A DNA stretch of 64,000 bases from an uncultured Eubacteriales bacterium (GCA_964514305.1 CAZEQD010000003.1:16449-80448), one strand, 5' to 3'; positions 1 through 9,870 are shown, counted from the first letter of the stretch. Notes: generated from the letters alone by a model not told the origin. Numbers and translations are program-made.

Positions 1-4
1 CATA

Positions 5-2395
5 ATGAAATACCAAAAAAATTTTTGGCGTCTGTTACTGGTTTTAATTGTCGGACTTTTTCTCGCTTGCTTCTCTACTTCCCTCCTTCAGGCAAAAAAA
101 GTTAAGAAACCGCAAAGAATTATTAACACTGATCCGGCTTTAAGATTAACAGGCTACGCTAAGCATTTGGAAATGACTAAAAGCTCTCCCTGGACTAAAC
201 TCAAATGGCAGTTTCTCGGGCCAACTAATGTCAGTGGCCGCTGCACTGATATAGCTGTAGTTACTCCCAAAGGTAAAAATTACACAATTTATGTTGGTTC
301 AGCATCAGGAGGAGTCTGGAAAACCGATAACGAAGGTACTACCTGGGAACCTGTTTTTGATATGGCCCCTTCAACTTCCGTCGGCGATATAGCTATTGCT
401 CCTTCAAATCCAGATATAATCTGGGTAGGAACAGGTGAAGCCAATATATTCAGAAGTTCCCAGGCTGGAATCGGTGTATACAAATCCACTGATGCTGGTA
501 AAACATGGAAACATATGGGGCTGGCCGATACCTATACCATAAGCAGAATAGTTATCGACACCCAAAATCCTGATGTTGTTTATGTGGCTGCTTCTGGTCA
601 TGAGTGGACATATAACCCAGCCCGGGGAGTTTATAAAACAACTGATGGTGGTCATACCTGGCAAAAAGTGCTTTATATCAATGAAAAAACAGGGGCTATC
701 GATCTGGTTATGGACCCCTCCGATAGTAACATCCTTTATGCCGCCACCTGGCAGAGAATCCGCAAGAAATGGAACGACCCTCGCAATGAACCTGATTACA
801 CTGGCAGCGGTATTTATAAAACAACTGATGGCGGCCAAACCTGGCAGCCCATTAATAACGGCCTGCCAGAGCCTAAGTATCGAGGCAGAATCGGGATTGA
901 TGTAGCCCGCTCCAAACCCAATGTAATCTATGCTTTTATTGACAATTACGAACTCTCGAGAATGCCCACTGAAGAAGAAAAATTAAATGCCTACGGGCTC
1001 CCTTCAACAGGCATTATCAAGGGAGCAACTGTCTACCGTTCAGATGATAAGGGCGAAAGCTGGCATCAGGTAAGCGGTTTAACTAAAGAGATGAAGCTCT
1101 ATATGGAACGCCATTCAGCCACCTATGGCTGGGTATTCGGCCAGATCCGGGTTGACCCTAATGACGAAAATACTGTCTATACTATGGGACTAGCCTTAAA
1201 TGTTTCCAATGACGGTGGCAAAACATTCCGCCGGCTGAGAGGCATGCATGGCGATCATCATGGGCTGTGGATTGACCCCGGCAACTCAAATTATCTGGTA
1301 AATGTTAATGACGGCGGCATTGCTATTTCTTATGACAGGGGTAAAACCTGGAAAACTTTCACCCACAACTTGCCAGTTTGTCAATTTTTCGATATCGCCT
1401 ACGACATGGATACTCCCTTCCACGTCTACGGCTCAATGCAGGACCACGGTAGCTTCAGGGCTGCAGTTGATCTTAGCCGGGGACGAGATCGAATCCCCAC
1501 GGTCGAGTTTGAAAGTGCCCCGGGGGGTGAGGGCAGCCGTCATGCTATTGATCCCACCAATCCCAATATCGTCTATTCAGCCGGCTTCTATGGTCATATT
1601 ACCCGAACCGATCTTAGTTTGCCTGGGAGATCTGGGGTTAAATATATCCTTCCTCGTCAATATGAAAATGAGCCAAAGCTTCGTGGCCAATGGCTGGCCC
1701 CCTTTATTATCTCTCCTCACAACCCCCATATAATTTATCACGGCATGCAGTTCTTACTCCGCTCCCGTGACCGCGGTGACACCTGGGAAAGAATAAGTCC
1801 TGATTTGACCTATAACACTAAAACTGAAATGGGTGACATCCCCTATCATACTATTTTCTCCATCTCTGAATCTCCTCTCAAATTCGGTTTGATCTATGTC
1901 GGCACTGATGACGGCAAAGTATATGTAACCAAGGATGGCGGCAAAACTTGGAAAGAAATCATGAAAGGCCTTCCCTATCAAAAATGGGTCTCGCGAATTG
2001 TAGCTTCAGCTTTTGAGATCGGAACAGTCTACATGACCCAAAATGGTAAACGTGACGAGGACTTCACACCATACATCTGGAAATCGACCGATTATGGACA
2101 AACCTGGAAAGACATTTCCGGCAATATTCCTCTTGGCCCCGTCAATGTTATCCAGGAAGACCCAATCAACAAAAATATCCTTTATGTGGGTACTGATATT
2201 GGTGTCTATGTCACTACAGACGGTGGAAAAACCTGGAATGTTTTGGGCAGCAATTTGCCATCTACCTATGTTCATGACTTAATCATTCATCCACGAGACA
2301 ATATTATTGTCATTGCCACTCATGGACGAGGTATGTGGGCTATGGATGCAACCCCAATTAACAAAGGAAGGAGGCAGCGCAGATTTTTTTATTGA
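5..2395 (+). CDS. Secreted VPS10/sortilin-like beta-propeller protein (BNR/Asp-box repeats; often annotated glycosyl hydrolase)
   Basis: Signal-peptide-like N-terminus; many Asp-box repeats (S/T-x-D-x-G-x-T/S-W); GPTNVSGR and WVGTGE motifs typical of this family. Confidence 0.85.
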   Translation: MKYQKNFWRLLLVLIVGLFLACFSTSLLQAKKVKKPQRIINTDPALRLTGYAKHLEMTKSSPWTKLKWQFLGPTNVSGRCTDIAVVTPKGKNYTIYVGSASGGVWKTDNEGTTWEPVFDMAPSTSVGDIAIAPSNPDIIWVGTGEANIFRSSQAGIGVYKSTDAGKTWKHMGLADTYTISRIVIDTQNPDVVYVAASGHEWTYNPARGVYKTTDGGHTWQKVLYINEKTGAIDLVMDPSDSNILYAATWQRIRKKWNDPRNEPDYTGSGIYKTTDGGQTWQPINNGLPEPKYRGRIGIDVARSKPNVIYAFIDNYELSRMPTEEEKLNAYGLPSTGIIKGATVYRSDDKGESWHQVSGLTKEMKLYMERHSATYGWVFGQIRVDPNDENTVYTMGLALNVSNDGGKTFRRLRGMHGDHHGLWIDPGNSNYLVNVNDGGIAISYDRGKTWKTFTHNLPVCQFFDIAYDMDTPFHVYGSMQDHGSFRAAVDLSRGRDRIPTVEFESAPGGEGSRHAIDPTNPNIVYSAGFYGHITRTDLSLPGRSGVKYILPRQYENEPKLRGQWLAPFIISPHNPHIIYHGMQFLLRSRDRGDTWERISPDLTYNTKTEMGDIPYHTIFSISESPLKFGLIYVGTDDGKVYVTKDGGKTWKEIMKGLPYQKWVSRIVASAFEIGTVYMTQNGKRDEDFTPYIWKSTDYGQTWKDISGNIPLGPVNVIQEDPINKNILYVGTDIGVYVTTDGGKTWNVLGSNLPSTYVHDLIIHPRDNIIVIATHGRGMWAMDATPINKGRRQRRFFY

Positions 2396-2425
2396 TTGTT
2401 CAAGCGGAATTAAAAAGTTAGAAGT

Positions 2426-2668
2426 CTAGAATCTGATGCCAATTCCCCGGCCTCCGTCTCCAAAGCGAGGATTGACTACGTTGCTGTGAACAGAGCCAAA
2501 AGTAAAGCTGAGGCCCATCGACAAAGAATAATTGTAGGTAATAGCTAACTCCTTACGCCGAAGGAGAACTTCCTCTAAGGAGGCCCCTCCTCTAGCCAGA
2601 GAAAGCTGATCGCGGATTCGTGAATAACGAAAGTCAATATTATAATTAAATCCTTTAAAAAGCTTTCT
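2426..2668 (-). pseudogene. Start-less 3' remnant of a probable outer-membrane beta-barrel protein gene
   Basis: My translation gives 80 open codons: RKLFKGFNYNIDFRYSRIRDQLSLARGGASLEEVLLRRKELAITYNYSLSMGLSFTFGSVHSNVVNPRFGDGGRGIGIRF*. Alternating beta-strand pattern and C-terminal Phe; no start codon or RBS; directly follows the SDR TAG in the same frame. Confidence 0.65.
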
Positions 2669-3385
2669 CTATATTCTCCAACCGCCGGCTACTATTAAAT
2701 TTGTGCCTGTAATATAAGATGCTTCCTCAGAAATTAAAAACAACACAGCCTCAGCTACGTCTTTAAACTTTCCCAGCCTTCCAGCTGGTACTTTTTTTTC
2801 AGGAGGATAAAGACTTCCCTCCATAAGGCCGGGGGAGACCATGTTGACCGTAATTCCTGACGAAGCCACAGAAGCAGCCACTGTCCTCGTTAAAATTAAA
2901 AGTCCTGTCTTGGCCACAGCATAAGGGGTAATGGTGGGAAAAGCTGTCAGCTGCTCTGCTCGGCTGTAGCCAATGTTTATTATTCTTCCCCATCTGCGTT
3001 TCTTCATCCCCAAAAGAGAGGCTTTCATACAGAAAAAAGCACTCTCTAAATTAGCCCGGAAAATATAGTCCCAATCCTGTGCTGATAAATCAGGCCAGGG
3101 TTTCAATTGAAGAGGGCCAAAATTATTAACCACAATATCCAGCCGACCAAAGTAGCCCTCTACCTTTTCAATTAAGCCTAAGGCTTCTTTTTCTTTAGTC
3201 AGATCCGCTCGAAAACAGCCACTTTTTTGGCCCTTGGACTTTATCTTTCTAACTACAGCCAAGGCCTGGCGACGCTCATTCCTGTAATGAACAGCTACTC
3301 CCGAGACATTATCAGCCAGCCTTAAGACAATTGCCCTCCCTAATCCCCGGCTGCTACCTGTGACCAAAGCAATTTTTTCCATCAT
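2669..3385 (-). CDS. SDR family NAD(P)-dependent oxidoreductase (FabG-like)
   Basis: TGSSRGLG cofactor motif, YAVAK catalytic YxxxK, NMVSPG, C-terminal YITG..L.V.GG. Confidence 0.9.
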   Translation of the reverse strand: MMEKIALVTGSSRGLGRAIVLRLADNVSGVAVHYRNERRQALAVVRKIKSKGQKSGCFRADLTKEKEALGLIEKVEGYFGRLDIVVNNFGPLQLKPWPDLSAQDWDYIFRANLESAFFCMKASLLGMKKRRWGRIINIGYSRAEQLTAFPTITPYAVAKTGLLILTRTVAASVASSGITVNMVSPGLMEGSLYPPEKKVPAGRLGKFKDVAEAVLFLISEEASYITGTNLIVAGGWRI

Positions 3386-3615
3386 AATAAGAACCTTTCA
3401 CTTTTTTTTATTTAACTTCCTCTTATAAATCTAAAGCAATCTGCCTTATTATTTGGACCCTCAATAATTTGATTCTTTATTATATGAAATTATATCCTTG
3501 AATAAAAACCCGCTTTTTTAAAATTAATTTTAAACTTGGGCTGTAATTGTTTTAGAATAATAAGAGGATTTATCCTGGATTTTTGAATTCTTATTTCTTA
3601 TGAAAGGAAAAAATC

Positions 3616-3906
3616 ATGAAACTTATCATGGAAGTTGTAGAAATTAAAGGTTTTTGTCCCGTTTATAGAACCGGCCATAAAATAGTTATTGATGAAGGCT
3701 ATAAGATAAATTTAAAAGAGACGAATAACATTTGCCTTCACTCTCTGGCTTCCCTTCTACCTTATTATAATTCTCTGGCCAAAGGAATAAATCCAGCGGA
3801 GCTGGGTCTGGCCAAAAAAGGAAATGAAGCTTACCTTCAATGTTTAGATCCTCATCAATATACTGGTGGAGGCACGGTTGTTTTTAAAGTAAGGTGTGAG
3901 GAGTAA
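3616..3906 (+). CDS. TIGR04076-family small Cys-containing protein
   Basis: GFCP..Y..G, ICLH, QCLDP...GGGTVVF pattern; RBS GAAAGGA upstream. Confidence 0.7.
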   Translation: MKLIMEVVEIKGFCPVYRTGHKIVIDEGYKINLKETNNICLHSLASLLPYYNSLAKGINPAELGLAKKGNEAYLQCLDPHQYTGGGTVVFKVRCEE

Positions 3907-4021
3907 GGAATAGGCTCTGTTTGTCCCCAGCAAACTGCTCTTCTTTAATTGGGGAATTGTTCATAAATTAAGAAGAAGATATAATTGGAAACCAATAGAT
4001 CATTAGAAAGGAGGTAGAACC

Positions 4022-4834
4022 ATGCTTATGAATGAAGGTTACCCTCTGAAAAGAGTCATTGTCTGTAGCCCTAAAAAAGAATTTTTCAAGGTGGACAACC
4101 TGGCTGAACATAATATAGCTGAAGTGGCTCAGCCCGAAAAAGCAAAAAAGGAGCACGAGGAACTAAAATTGATAATGAAAGAATTCGGGGCCGAGATAAT
4201 TGATGTTGAAGAGCTTGAATCTCATCCTAATTCAGTCTTTACCAGGGATACCTGTCTCTGTACCAATGAAGGCTATATTAAATTAAGGATGGGACTCAAA
4301 ACCCGTTTGGGAGAAGAAGAATGGATGGCTAATAACTTAAAAGCGCTAGGAATTCCCCAACTTGGTCAAATAACTCCCCCAGGCACAGTTGAAGGCGGTG
4401 ACGTTATCTTGGCCGGTTCAGTAGCTTTTATCGGTTATTCTAAAAGATCAAACAAAGAAGGAGTGACTCAGCTATCTTTAATCCTTAAAAAATTGGGTTA
4501 TGAAGTAAGAATAGCTACTATTCCTCCGCCTCATTTTCATATTGGGGGAATAATGAGTCTTATTGGGCCTGAAGATGTTCTCTACTGCCGCCATTTGCTG
4601 GATAAAGATCTCTGTCGAGGTTTTAAGGCTATAACTCTTAACTGCCGGGATTTTATCAGCGGAAATGTTATTTGTCTGGGAAACGGTCAACTAGTTGCCG
4701 AAGCTCAAAACGAGCCAGCTATTGATATATTGTTAGATAATAATTTTCAAGTTAAGGTTCTATCTCTTACTGAATTTGTCAAAGGACAGGGTGGGCCTAC
4801 TTGCCTTACTCTGCCAGTGGAAAGAGGATTTTAA
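4022..4834 (+). CDS. Amidinotransferase / dimethylargininase (arginine deiminase superfamily)
   Basis: FTRD, VEGGD, His in HFHIG, C-terminal GGPTCLT catalytic Cys; RBS AGGAGG. Confidence 0.85.
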   Translation: MLMNEGYPLKRVIVCSPKKEFFKVDNLAEHNIAEVAQPEKAKKEHEELKLIMKEFGAEIIDVEELESHPNSVFTRDTCLCTNEGYIKLRMGLKTRLGEEEWMANNLKALGIPQLGQITPPGTVEGGDVILAGSVAFIGYSKRSNKEGVTQLSLILKKLGYEVRIATIPPPHFHIGGIMSLIGPEDVLYCRHLLDKDLCRGFKAITLNCRDFISGNVICLGNGQLVAEAQNEPAIDILLDNNFQVKVLSLTEFVKGQGGPTCLTLPVERGF

Positions 4835-4874
4835 AAATAAATATCCCTTCAGCTGATAAAAAATTCAATTTAAT

Positions 4875-6398
4875 CTATTGCAATTCTCCCACTACTTTTT
4901 CTACTGCCTCTAAAATCTCTCCTGATTGGACCACCTTTTTGAGCTTGTTGATATCATCATAAAGAGGCCGGTCTTCATCCAGAAAATCTACATATTTGCG
5001 GATAACTTCATAAGCAGCTTTAACTCCTGGACTAGGCTGAAGAGGTTTTCGAAAATCTATAGCTTGAGCAGCAGCCATCATCTCAATAGCCAGGACGGCT
5101 TGAGAGTTATCTAAGATTTGCTGAGCCTTAAGAGCTGAAGTCATACCCATGCTGACAAAATCCTCTTGATCGGCTGCAGCTGGGATAGAACCGGTGGCGG
5201 CAGGATGAGAGAGTATTCTATTCTCACAGACTAAAGCTCCGGCCGTGTATTGTGACAGCATCAAACCTGAGAACATGCCAGCTCCCTTGGTTAAAAAAGC
5301 CGGCAGCCCCATGCTTAAATGAGGATTCATCAAGCGGTTAGTCCTTCTCTCTGAAAGAACAGAAACAGTGGTAATAGCTGTAGCTAAAAGTTCCAAAGCA
5401 AAGGCCAGCGGTGTCCCTTGAAAATTGGCCCCGGTTAAGACCAAATCCTCATCAGGGAAAAAGGTTGGGTTATCAGCAGCTCCATTAAGCTCTATTTCAA
5501 ACATGGACCGAGACCACTTCAAGGCATCTCGAGCCGAACCAATAACCTGAGGCGTGCTGCGCAGGCTGTAGGCATCCTGAACTTTTTTCCCGGGTTGGGC
5601 TAAAAGCTGACTGCCTTCGGTTATTTGCCTGATGTTACGACTAGATTCTATGGCTCCAGGATAGCCTCTTACTTTGTGCAATCTCTCATCATAAGCCTTC
5701 ATATTGGCATTTAATACTTCTAAAGTCATGGCCACTGCAATCTCTGAATGTTTAAGCCAACGGACGGCATCATAAATTTCTAAGGTACCAAAGCCAGCAA
5801 TCACATTTGAACCATTAATAGTAGCCAGTCCATCCCGAGCTTCATAAACAACGGTGGGAATGCCAGCCCGAGCCATTGCTTCCTTGGCTGGCAGTCGCTC
5901 TCCTTTATAAAAAGCCTCTCCTTCGCCCATGAGGACAAGCGCCATTTGAGCCATAGGTGACAGATCACCGCAGGCACCGACCGAACCTTTTTCACAAACT
6001 ACTGGAGTTACACCTTTATTCAACATCTCTTTTAAAGTCTCCACTACCACTGGCCTTAAACCAGAGTGACCATGACAGTGGCAGTTGATCCGGCTTAACA
6101 TGGCAGCTCTGACGACCTCCACTGGCAGCGGTTTGCCATAGCCAGCAGCATGACTGTAAATCAAGTAGCGCTGGTATTTTTCTACCTGTTCCTGGGTTAA
6201 GACAACTTCTGAGAGCTCGCCAATGCCGGTATTAACCCCATACATTATCTCTCCTTTTTTTATTTTATCTTCAAGAAGATCCCGGCAGCGCTTAATCCGG
6301 ATCATAGCCTGAGGATCGATAGCAATCTCCTCCTTTTCTCGAGCGACTTTGACCACTTTCTCAATTGTAAGATTATAACCATCCAAAATAATTGCCAT
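4875..6398 (-). CDS. hutH: Histidine ammonia-lyase (MIO-dependent), with Ala-Cys-Gly MIO precursor
   Basis: YGVNTGIG, LIYSHAAG (His specificity residue), GSVGACGDL, QDAYSLRSTPQV, NFQG, QEDFVSMG. Confidence 0.85.
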   Translation of the reverse strand: MAIILDGYNLTIEKVVKVAREKEEIAIDPQAMIRIKRCRDLLEDKIKKGEIMYGVNTGIGELSEVVLTQEQVEKYQRYLIYSHAAGYGKPLPVEVVRAAMLSRINCHCHGHSGLRPVVVETLKEMLNKGVTPVVCEKGSVGACGDLSPMAQMALVLMGEGEAFYKGERLPAKEAMARAGIPTVVYEARDGLATINGSNVIAGFGTLEIYDAVRWLKHSEIAVAMTLEVLNANMKAYDERLHKVRGYPGAIESSRNIRQITEGSQLLAQPGKKVQDAYSLRSTPQVIGSARDALKWSRSMFEIELNGAADNPTFFPDEDLVLTGANFQGTPLAFALELLATAITTVSVLSERRTNRLMNPHLSMGLPAFLTKGAGMFSGLMLSQYTAGALVCENRILSHPAATGSIPAAADQEDFVSMGMTSALKAQQILDNSQAVLAIEMMAAAQAIDFRKPLQPSPGVKAAYEVIRKYVDFLDEDRPLYDDINKLKKVVQSGEILEAVEKVVGELQ

Positions 6399-6490
6399 TA
6401 TTTTCCTCCCTATTTATTAATATTATTTAAGCCATACAAATCTACAGCAATAATTTTCTAAATGCAAACAGTTCCTTATTAAACTTAGAC

Positions 6491-6871
6491 CTACTCAAAT
6501 ATTTCTTTTCTTTGCCAGAGATAAACTATTGAGAAACAAGCAAAAAAGAGACTGGGTCCTATTATATTCAATCTGGCTGACTTGGTAATAGCCAGCACCA
6601 GCAGTGAATCGAACAGCCACATGCCCATTCCGACTAGGGCTGCTGCCCGACCATAATTGCGAAGCTTTAAAAGGCCATAAGCACCTAAATATAAAAATAA
6701 AGAAAGGACAATATCCGCCAGAGCGAAAGCATCATAAAAAGAAGACTCGACCGGCATTGTTGGTGGAAAAGCCTTGCCTACTATTCTCGCCAGCCAGAAA
6801 ATATCTGTAGCCAGAGCCACAAAAAACATAATAACAGCTATGACAATAACAGCTAAAGGAATTTTTTTCAT
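6491..6871 (-). CDS. Hypothetical integral membrane protein (about 4 TM helices)
   Basis: 126 aa, four hydrophobic segments, ATG start, same strand as hutH. Confidence 0.6.
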   Translation of the reverse strand: MKKIPLAVIVIAVIMFFVALATDIFWLARIVGKAFPPTMPVESSFYDAFALADIVLSLFLYLGAYGLLKLRNYGRAAALVGMGMWLFDSLLVLAITKSARLNIIGPSLFFACFSIVYLWQRKEIFE

Positions 6872-6928
6872 TCTTTACTCACATTAATAGTTTATCTCAA
6901 CTGGAATAATTTTGTAAATTTTTTTAAG

Positions 6929-6957
6929 TTGACATCTCAGCTGGACCTATATATAAG
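6929..6957 (+). promoter_or_regulatory. Sigma70-type promoter of the threonine dehydrogenase gene
   Basis: TTGACA (6929-34), 17 nt spacer, TATAAG (6952-57); RBS AAAGGAGG precedes the ATG at 7010. Confidence 0.6.
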
Positions 6958-7009
6958 TAAAGCCTCATAATTTCTCATAAGATGAAGTCTTAATTAAAGG
7001 AGGGATGAG

Positions 7010-7990
7010 ATGAGCCAAGAAATGAAAAAAATCATGGTCACTGGCGCTGTCGGCCAAATTGGATCAGAGCTGACTGTGGCCTTAAGAAAAAAATACGGAT
7101 ACGAAAACGTCTTAGCCACTGGACATAGGACAAAACCCAAGCCCGAACTTAGGGATTCAGGTCCATTCGAGTTTATTGACGTTACTCGAAGAGAGACCAT
7201 TGAAGAGGTAGTTAATAAATATAAGATTGACACTATTTATCATATGTCAGCTATTCTTTCAGCAGTCGGAGAGAAAAATCCTCATCTGGCCTGGGATGTA
7301 AACATCAATGGTACTTATAACATCCTAGAGGTTGCCCGCGAACATAACCTGACCAGAGTTTTTGTTCCCAGTTCAATTGCCGTTTTTGGACCAGAAACAC
7401 CGCAGGATAATACTCCCCAAGAAACAGTACTTAAGCCTAAGACCATGTACGGTGTAACCAAAGTGGCTGGTGAACTTCTTTGTGATTATTATGTTAAACG
7501 CTTTGGCCTTGATGTACGCGGCTGCCGTTATCCTGGTATTATCAGTCATGAGACTCTTCCTGGAGGAGGAACCACAGATTATGCTGTAGCCATTTATTAT
7601 GAAGCCATAAAAAACAAAAGATACACCTGCTTTGTCAGAGAAGACACTAGACTTCCTATGATGTATATGGCTGACTGTCTTAAAGCAACTATCGATCTGA
7701 TGGAAGCTGACTTTTCCCGGCTCAAGCATCACTCAGATTTTAATGTTACAGCCATGAGTTTTACAGCTGGCGAGCTAGCAGCCGAAATCAAAAAGCATAT
7801 TCCCGAATTTAAATGTGAGTTTAAACCTGACTTCCGCCAGGAAATTGCCGATTCCTGGCCTAACTCTCTCGATGATTCTGCTGCCCGGGAAGAATGGGGC
7901 TGGCAGCCCAGCTATGATCTGGCAGCCATGACCAAAGATATGCTCAAAGTCCTCAGCCAGCGTTATGCCGAGGGGAAGTTAAATTACTGA
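7010..7990 (+). CDS. tdh: L-threonine 3-dehydrogenase, SDR/epimerase type
   Basis: TGAVGQIG, LSAVGE, PSSIAVFG, YGVTK, GGGTTDYAV, LPMMYM, RQEIADSWP; kbl nearby. Confidence 0.88.
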   Translation: MSQEMKKIMVTGAVGQIGSELTVALRKKYGYENVLATGHRTKPKPELRDSGPFEFIDVTRRETIEEVVNKYKIDTIYHMSAILSAVGEKNPHLAWDVNINGTYNILEVAREHNLTRVFVPSSIAVFGPETPQDNTPQETVLKPKTMYGVTKVAGELLCDYYVKRFGLDVRGCRYPGIISHETLPGGGTTDYAVAIYYEAIKNKRYTCFVREDTRLPMMYMADCLKATIDLMEADFSRLKHHSDFNVTAMSFTAGELAAEIKKHIPEFKCEFKPDFRQEIADSWPNSLDDSAAREEWGWQPSYDLAAMTKDMLKVLSQRYAEGKLNY

Positions 7991-8835
7991 CCTAAAGCTT
8001 CCTTCATAAAATTAGGCAGAGCAAAAGCAGCCCGATGAATTTCCGGATTAAAATATTTTAAGCCGGAGGGAAAATCTCTTCTTATTTCAAATGGATTAAT
8101 CTTATCAGAAAGATAGGTATAGCACCAGCTCCCTCCTGGATAAGTAGGAGTGGGGCCTAAATAAAAATAAACATTAGTGAATATTTCTCGAAAGAATTTA
8201 TTTTTTTGAACGATTGAACCAAGATCAAAATAAGGAGAACCAATCTGAGCGGCAACAACAGCATTGTCTTTTAAGCAGTTTTTAAGCTCAAGATAAAAAT
8301 TTTTTTGATGGAGAGCCAAAGAAGGGCCAACCGGCTCAGAGATATCGATAATAACCACATCGAATTTCTGCTCGGTCTGCCGCACAAACTCTTTCCCATC
8401 CATGTTAATCAGCTCTATCCTTTCATCCTCAAGGCAAGACCCTAACCAGGGAAGATACTTTTTGGAAACATTAATCATCGAGGGATCGATTTCAACTAAA
8501 TATGCCTTTTCAATCTGATAGCGAAGAATTTCTTTAAGGCAGCCACCATCTCCTCCCCCAATAATTAGAATCTCCAGGGGCGAAGGGTGGCTGATTAAAG
8601 CCGGATGAATAAGCATTTCATGGTAGAAAAATTCATCTTTCTCAGTAGTCTGGACTAAGCCATCCAAAAACAGAACTTTGCCGAAATGTTCATTGTCAAT
8701 AACCAAAATTTCCTGATAAGGTGATTTTTCTCGATGAAGGACTTCCTTTTTTATGAAAAAAATGCCGCAAGAGGGTGCATGGAATTCTCTTACTTCCTCT
8801 GAGTTTAGAGATGCTTCTTTTCCTTTTTCCATCAT
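7984..8835 (-). CDS. speE: Polyamine aminopropyltransferase (spermidine synthase family), GGGDG type
   Basis: DEFFYHEMLIHP, IIGGGDGG, PTYPGGSW. Start placed at ATG 8835, an ATGA overlap with the upstream paralogue's stop, rather than at TTG 8844. Confidence 0.85.
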   Translation of the reverse strand: MMEKGKEASLNSEEVREFHAPSCGIFFIKKEVLHREKSPYQEILVIDNEHFGKVLFLDGLVQTTEKDEFFYHEMLIHPALISHPSPLEILIIGGGDGGCLKEILRYQIEKAYLVEIDPSMINVSKKYLPWLGSCLEDERIELINMDGKEFVRQTEQKFDVVIIDISEPVGPSLALHQKNFYLELKNCLKDNAVVAAQIGSPYFDLGSIVQKNKFFREIFTNVYFYLGPTPTYPGGSWCYTYLSDKINPFEIRRDFPSGLKYFNPEIHRAAFALPNFMKEALGQ

Positions 8836-9743
8836 AGCTTCCAAATAAAAGGATTTTTATCGCTCAGCATTTTGCCTTTTTCAAAGCCGACCGCAAGGTA
8901 AAGAGGCAGGGCAAACATTCCCTTCTGAAGAGGAGGATGATAAAATTTAAGGCCATTAACCTTTCTGATTTTTATCCTCTGGGCAATTTCCTCTTTATCT
9001 AATTCAAGAGGATCATATTTTTTCGAGGCTACAACAAAACCCCAGGGGAGACCAAAAGAGAAAATAAAACTCCAATATGGTCTAACCAAAGGAAAAACAG
9101 ACCTCAAAGTTTTTACACAAGAGGAATAAAACTCATGATAAAAGGGATCAGTGCTGCCTGCCTGGAGAACAAACAGACCGTCCTTGTTCAAGGCCTTAAA
9201 AATCTTAGCAAAAAACTCTTTAGTAAAAAGATAGATAGAAGGCCCTCCTTGGACAGGTTCAGTCAGGTCGGAAATAATGACATCGAATTTTCTTTCAGCT
9301 TCCTCTAAGTATTGGCGGGCATCTTCAAAGACTAATTCTGTCTTAGGGTTAGTGAAAGCTCCCTCTGACCACTCAGGCAGATATTTCTGACAAAGTTTTA
9401 CTAATTTCTGATCGATATCAACCATGGCTGCTTTTTGAACTACTTTATGCCTAAGGACTTCCCTCAAAGTTGCTCCTTCTCCCCCTCCAATAATCAAAAC
9501 TTGACGAGGATGAGGATGAGTGAAGAGGGCAGGATGAACCAATGATTCATGATAAACAAATTCATCAATCTGAGCTGATTGAATTTTTTTATCCAGGTAA
9601 AGAACCTTACCGTAAAACTGATTATAAAATATCTGAATAAATTGATATTTTGTTTTACCCTGATAATATAACTTATCAGCTTTGAGAGCCTTGACAACTT
9701 TATCTGTATAAAGTTCAAAAAAATATAAACCTTCTTCGGCCAT
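8832..9743 (-). CDS. speE: Polyamine aminopropyltransferase (spermidine synthase family), GGGEG type
   Basis: DEFVYHESLVHP, IIGGGEGATLREVLRH, DLTEP, WGFVVAS. Confidence 0.88.
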   Translation of the reverse strand: MAEEGLYFFELYTDKVVKALKADKLYYQGKTKYQFIQIFYNQFYGKVLYLDKKIQSAQIDEFVYHESLVHPALFTHPHPRQVLIIGGGEGATLREVLRHKVVQKAAMVDIDQKLVKLCQKYLPEWSEGAFTNPKTELVFEDARQYLEEAERKFDVIISDLTEPVQGGPSIYLFTKEFFAKIFKALNKDGLFVLQAGSTDPFYHEFYSSCVKTLRSVFPLVRPYWSFIFSFGLPWGFVVASKKYDPLELDKEEIAQRIKIRKVNGLKFYHPPLQKGMFALPLYLAVGFEKGKMLSDKNPFIWKL

Positions 9744-9804
9744 GGAAAAAATTATATCAACTAAAGAGCTTTGAGTAAATAGGCAGCAAGGATTGGTTTA
9801 GGGC

Positions 9805-9870
9805 GGAAAAGCTTATAGTTTAGAGTTTAAAGTGAGAAGGTTTAGCTGAAAAGTTTAAAGGGATAAAATT
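9805..9870 (+). repeat. 7-nt-periodic degenerate array
   Basis: GGAAAAG CTTATAG TTTAGAG TTTAAAG TGAGAAG ... GAAAAGT TTAAAGG, between speE and kbl. Confidence 0.5.

Noticed and set aside
2669-2671. Pyrrolysine or genome-wide TAG recoding
   Set aside because: Other TAG-ended genes (e.g. kbl, the pseudouridine synthase gene) stop at their expected C-termini, and there are no pyl genes in the window.
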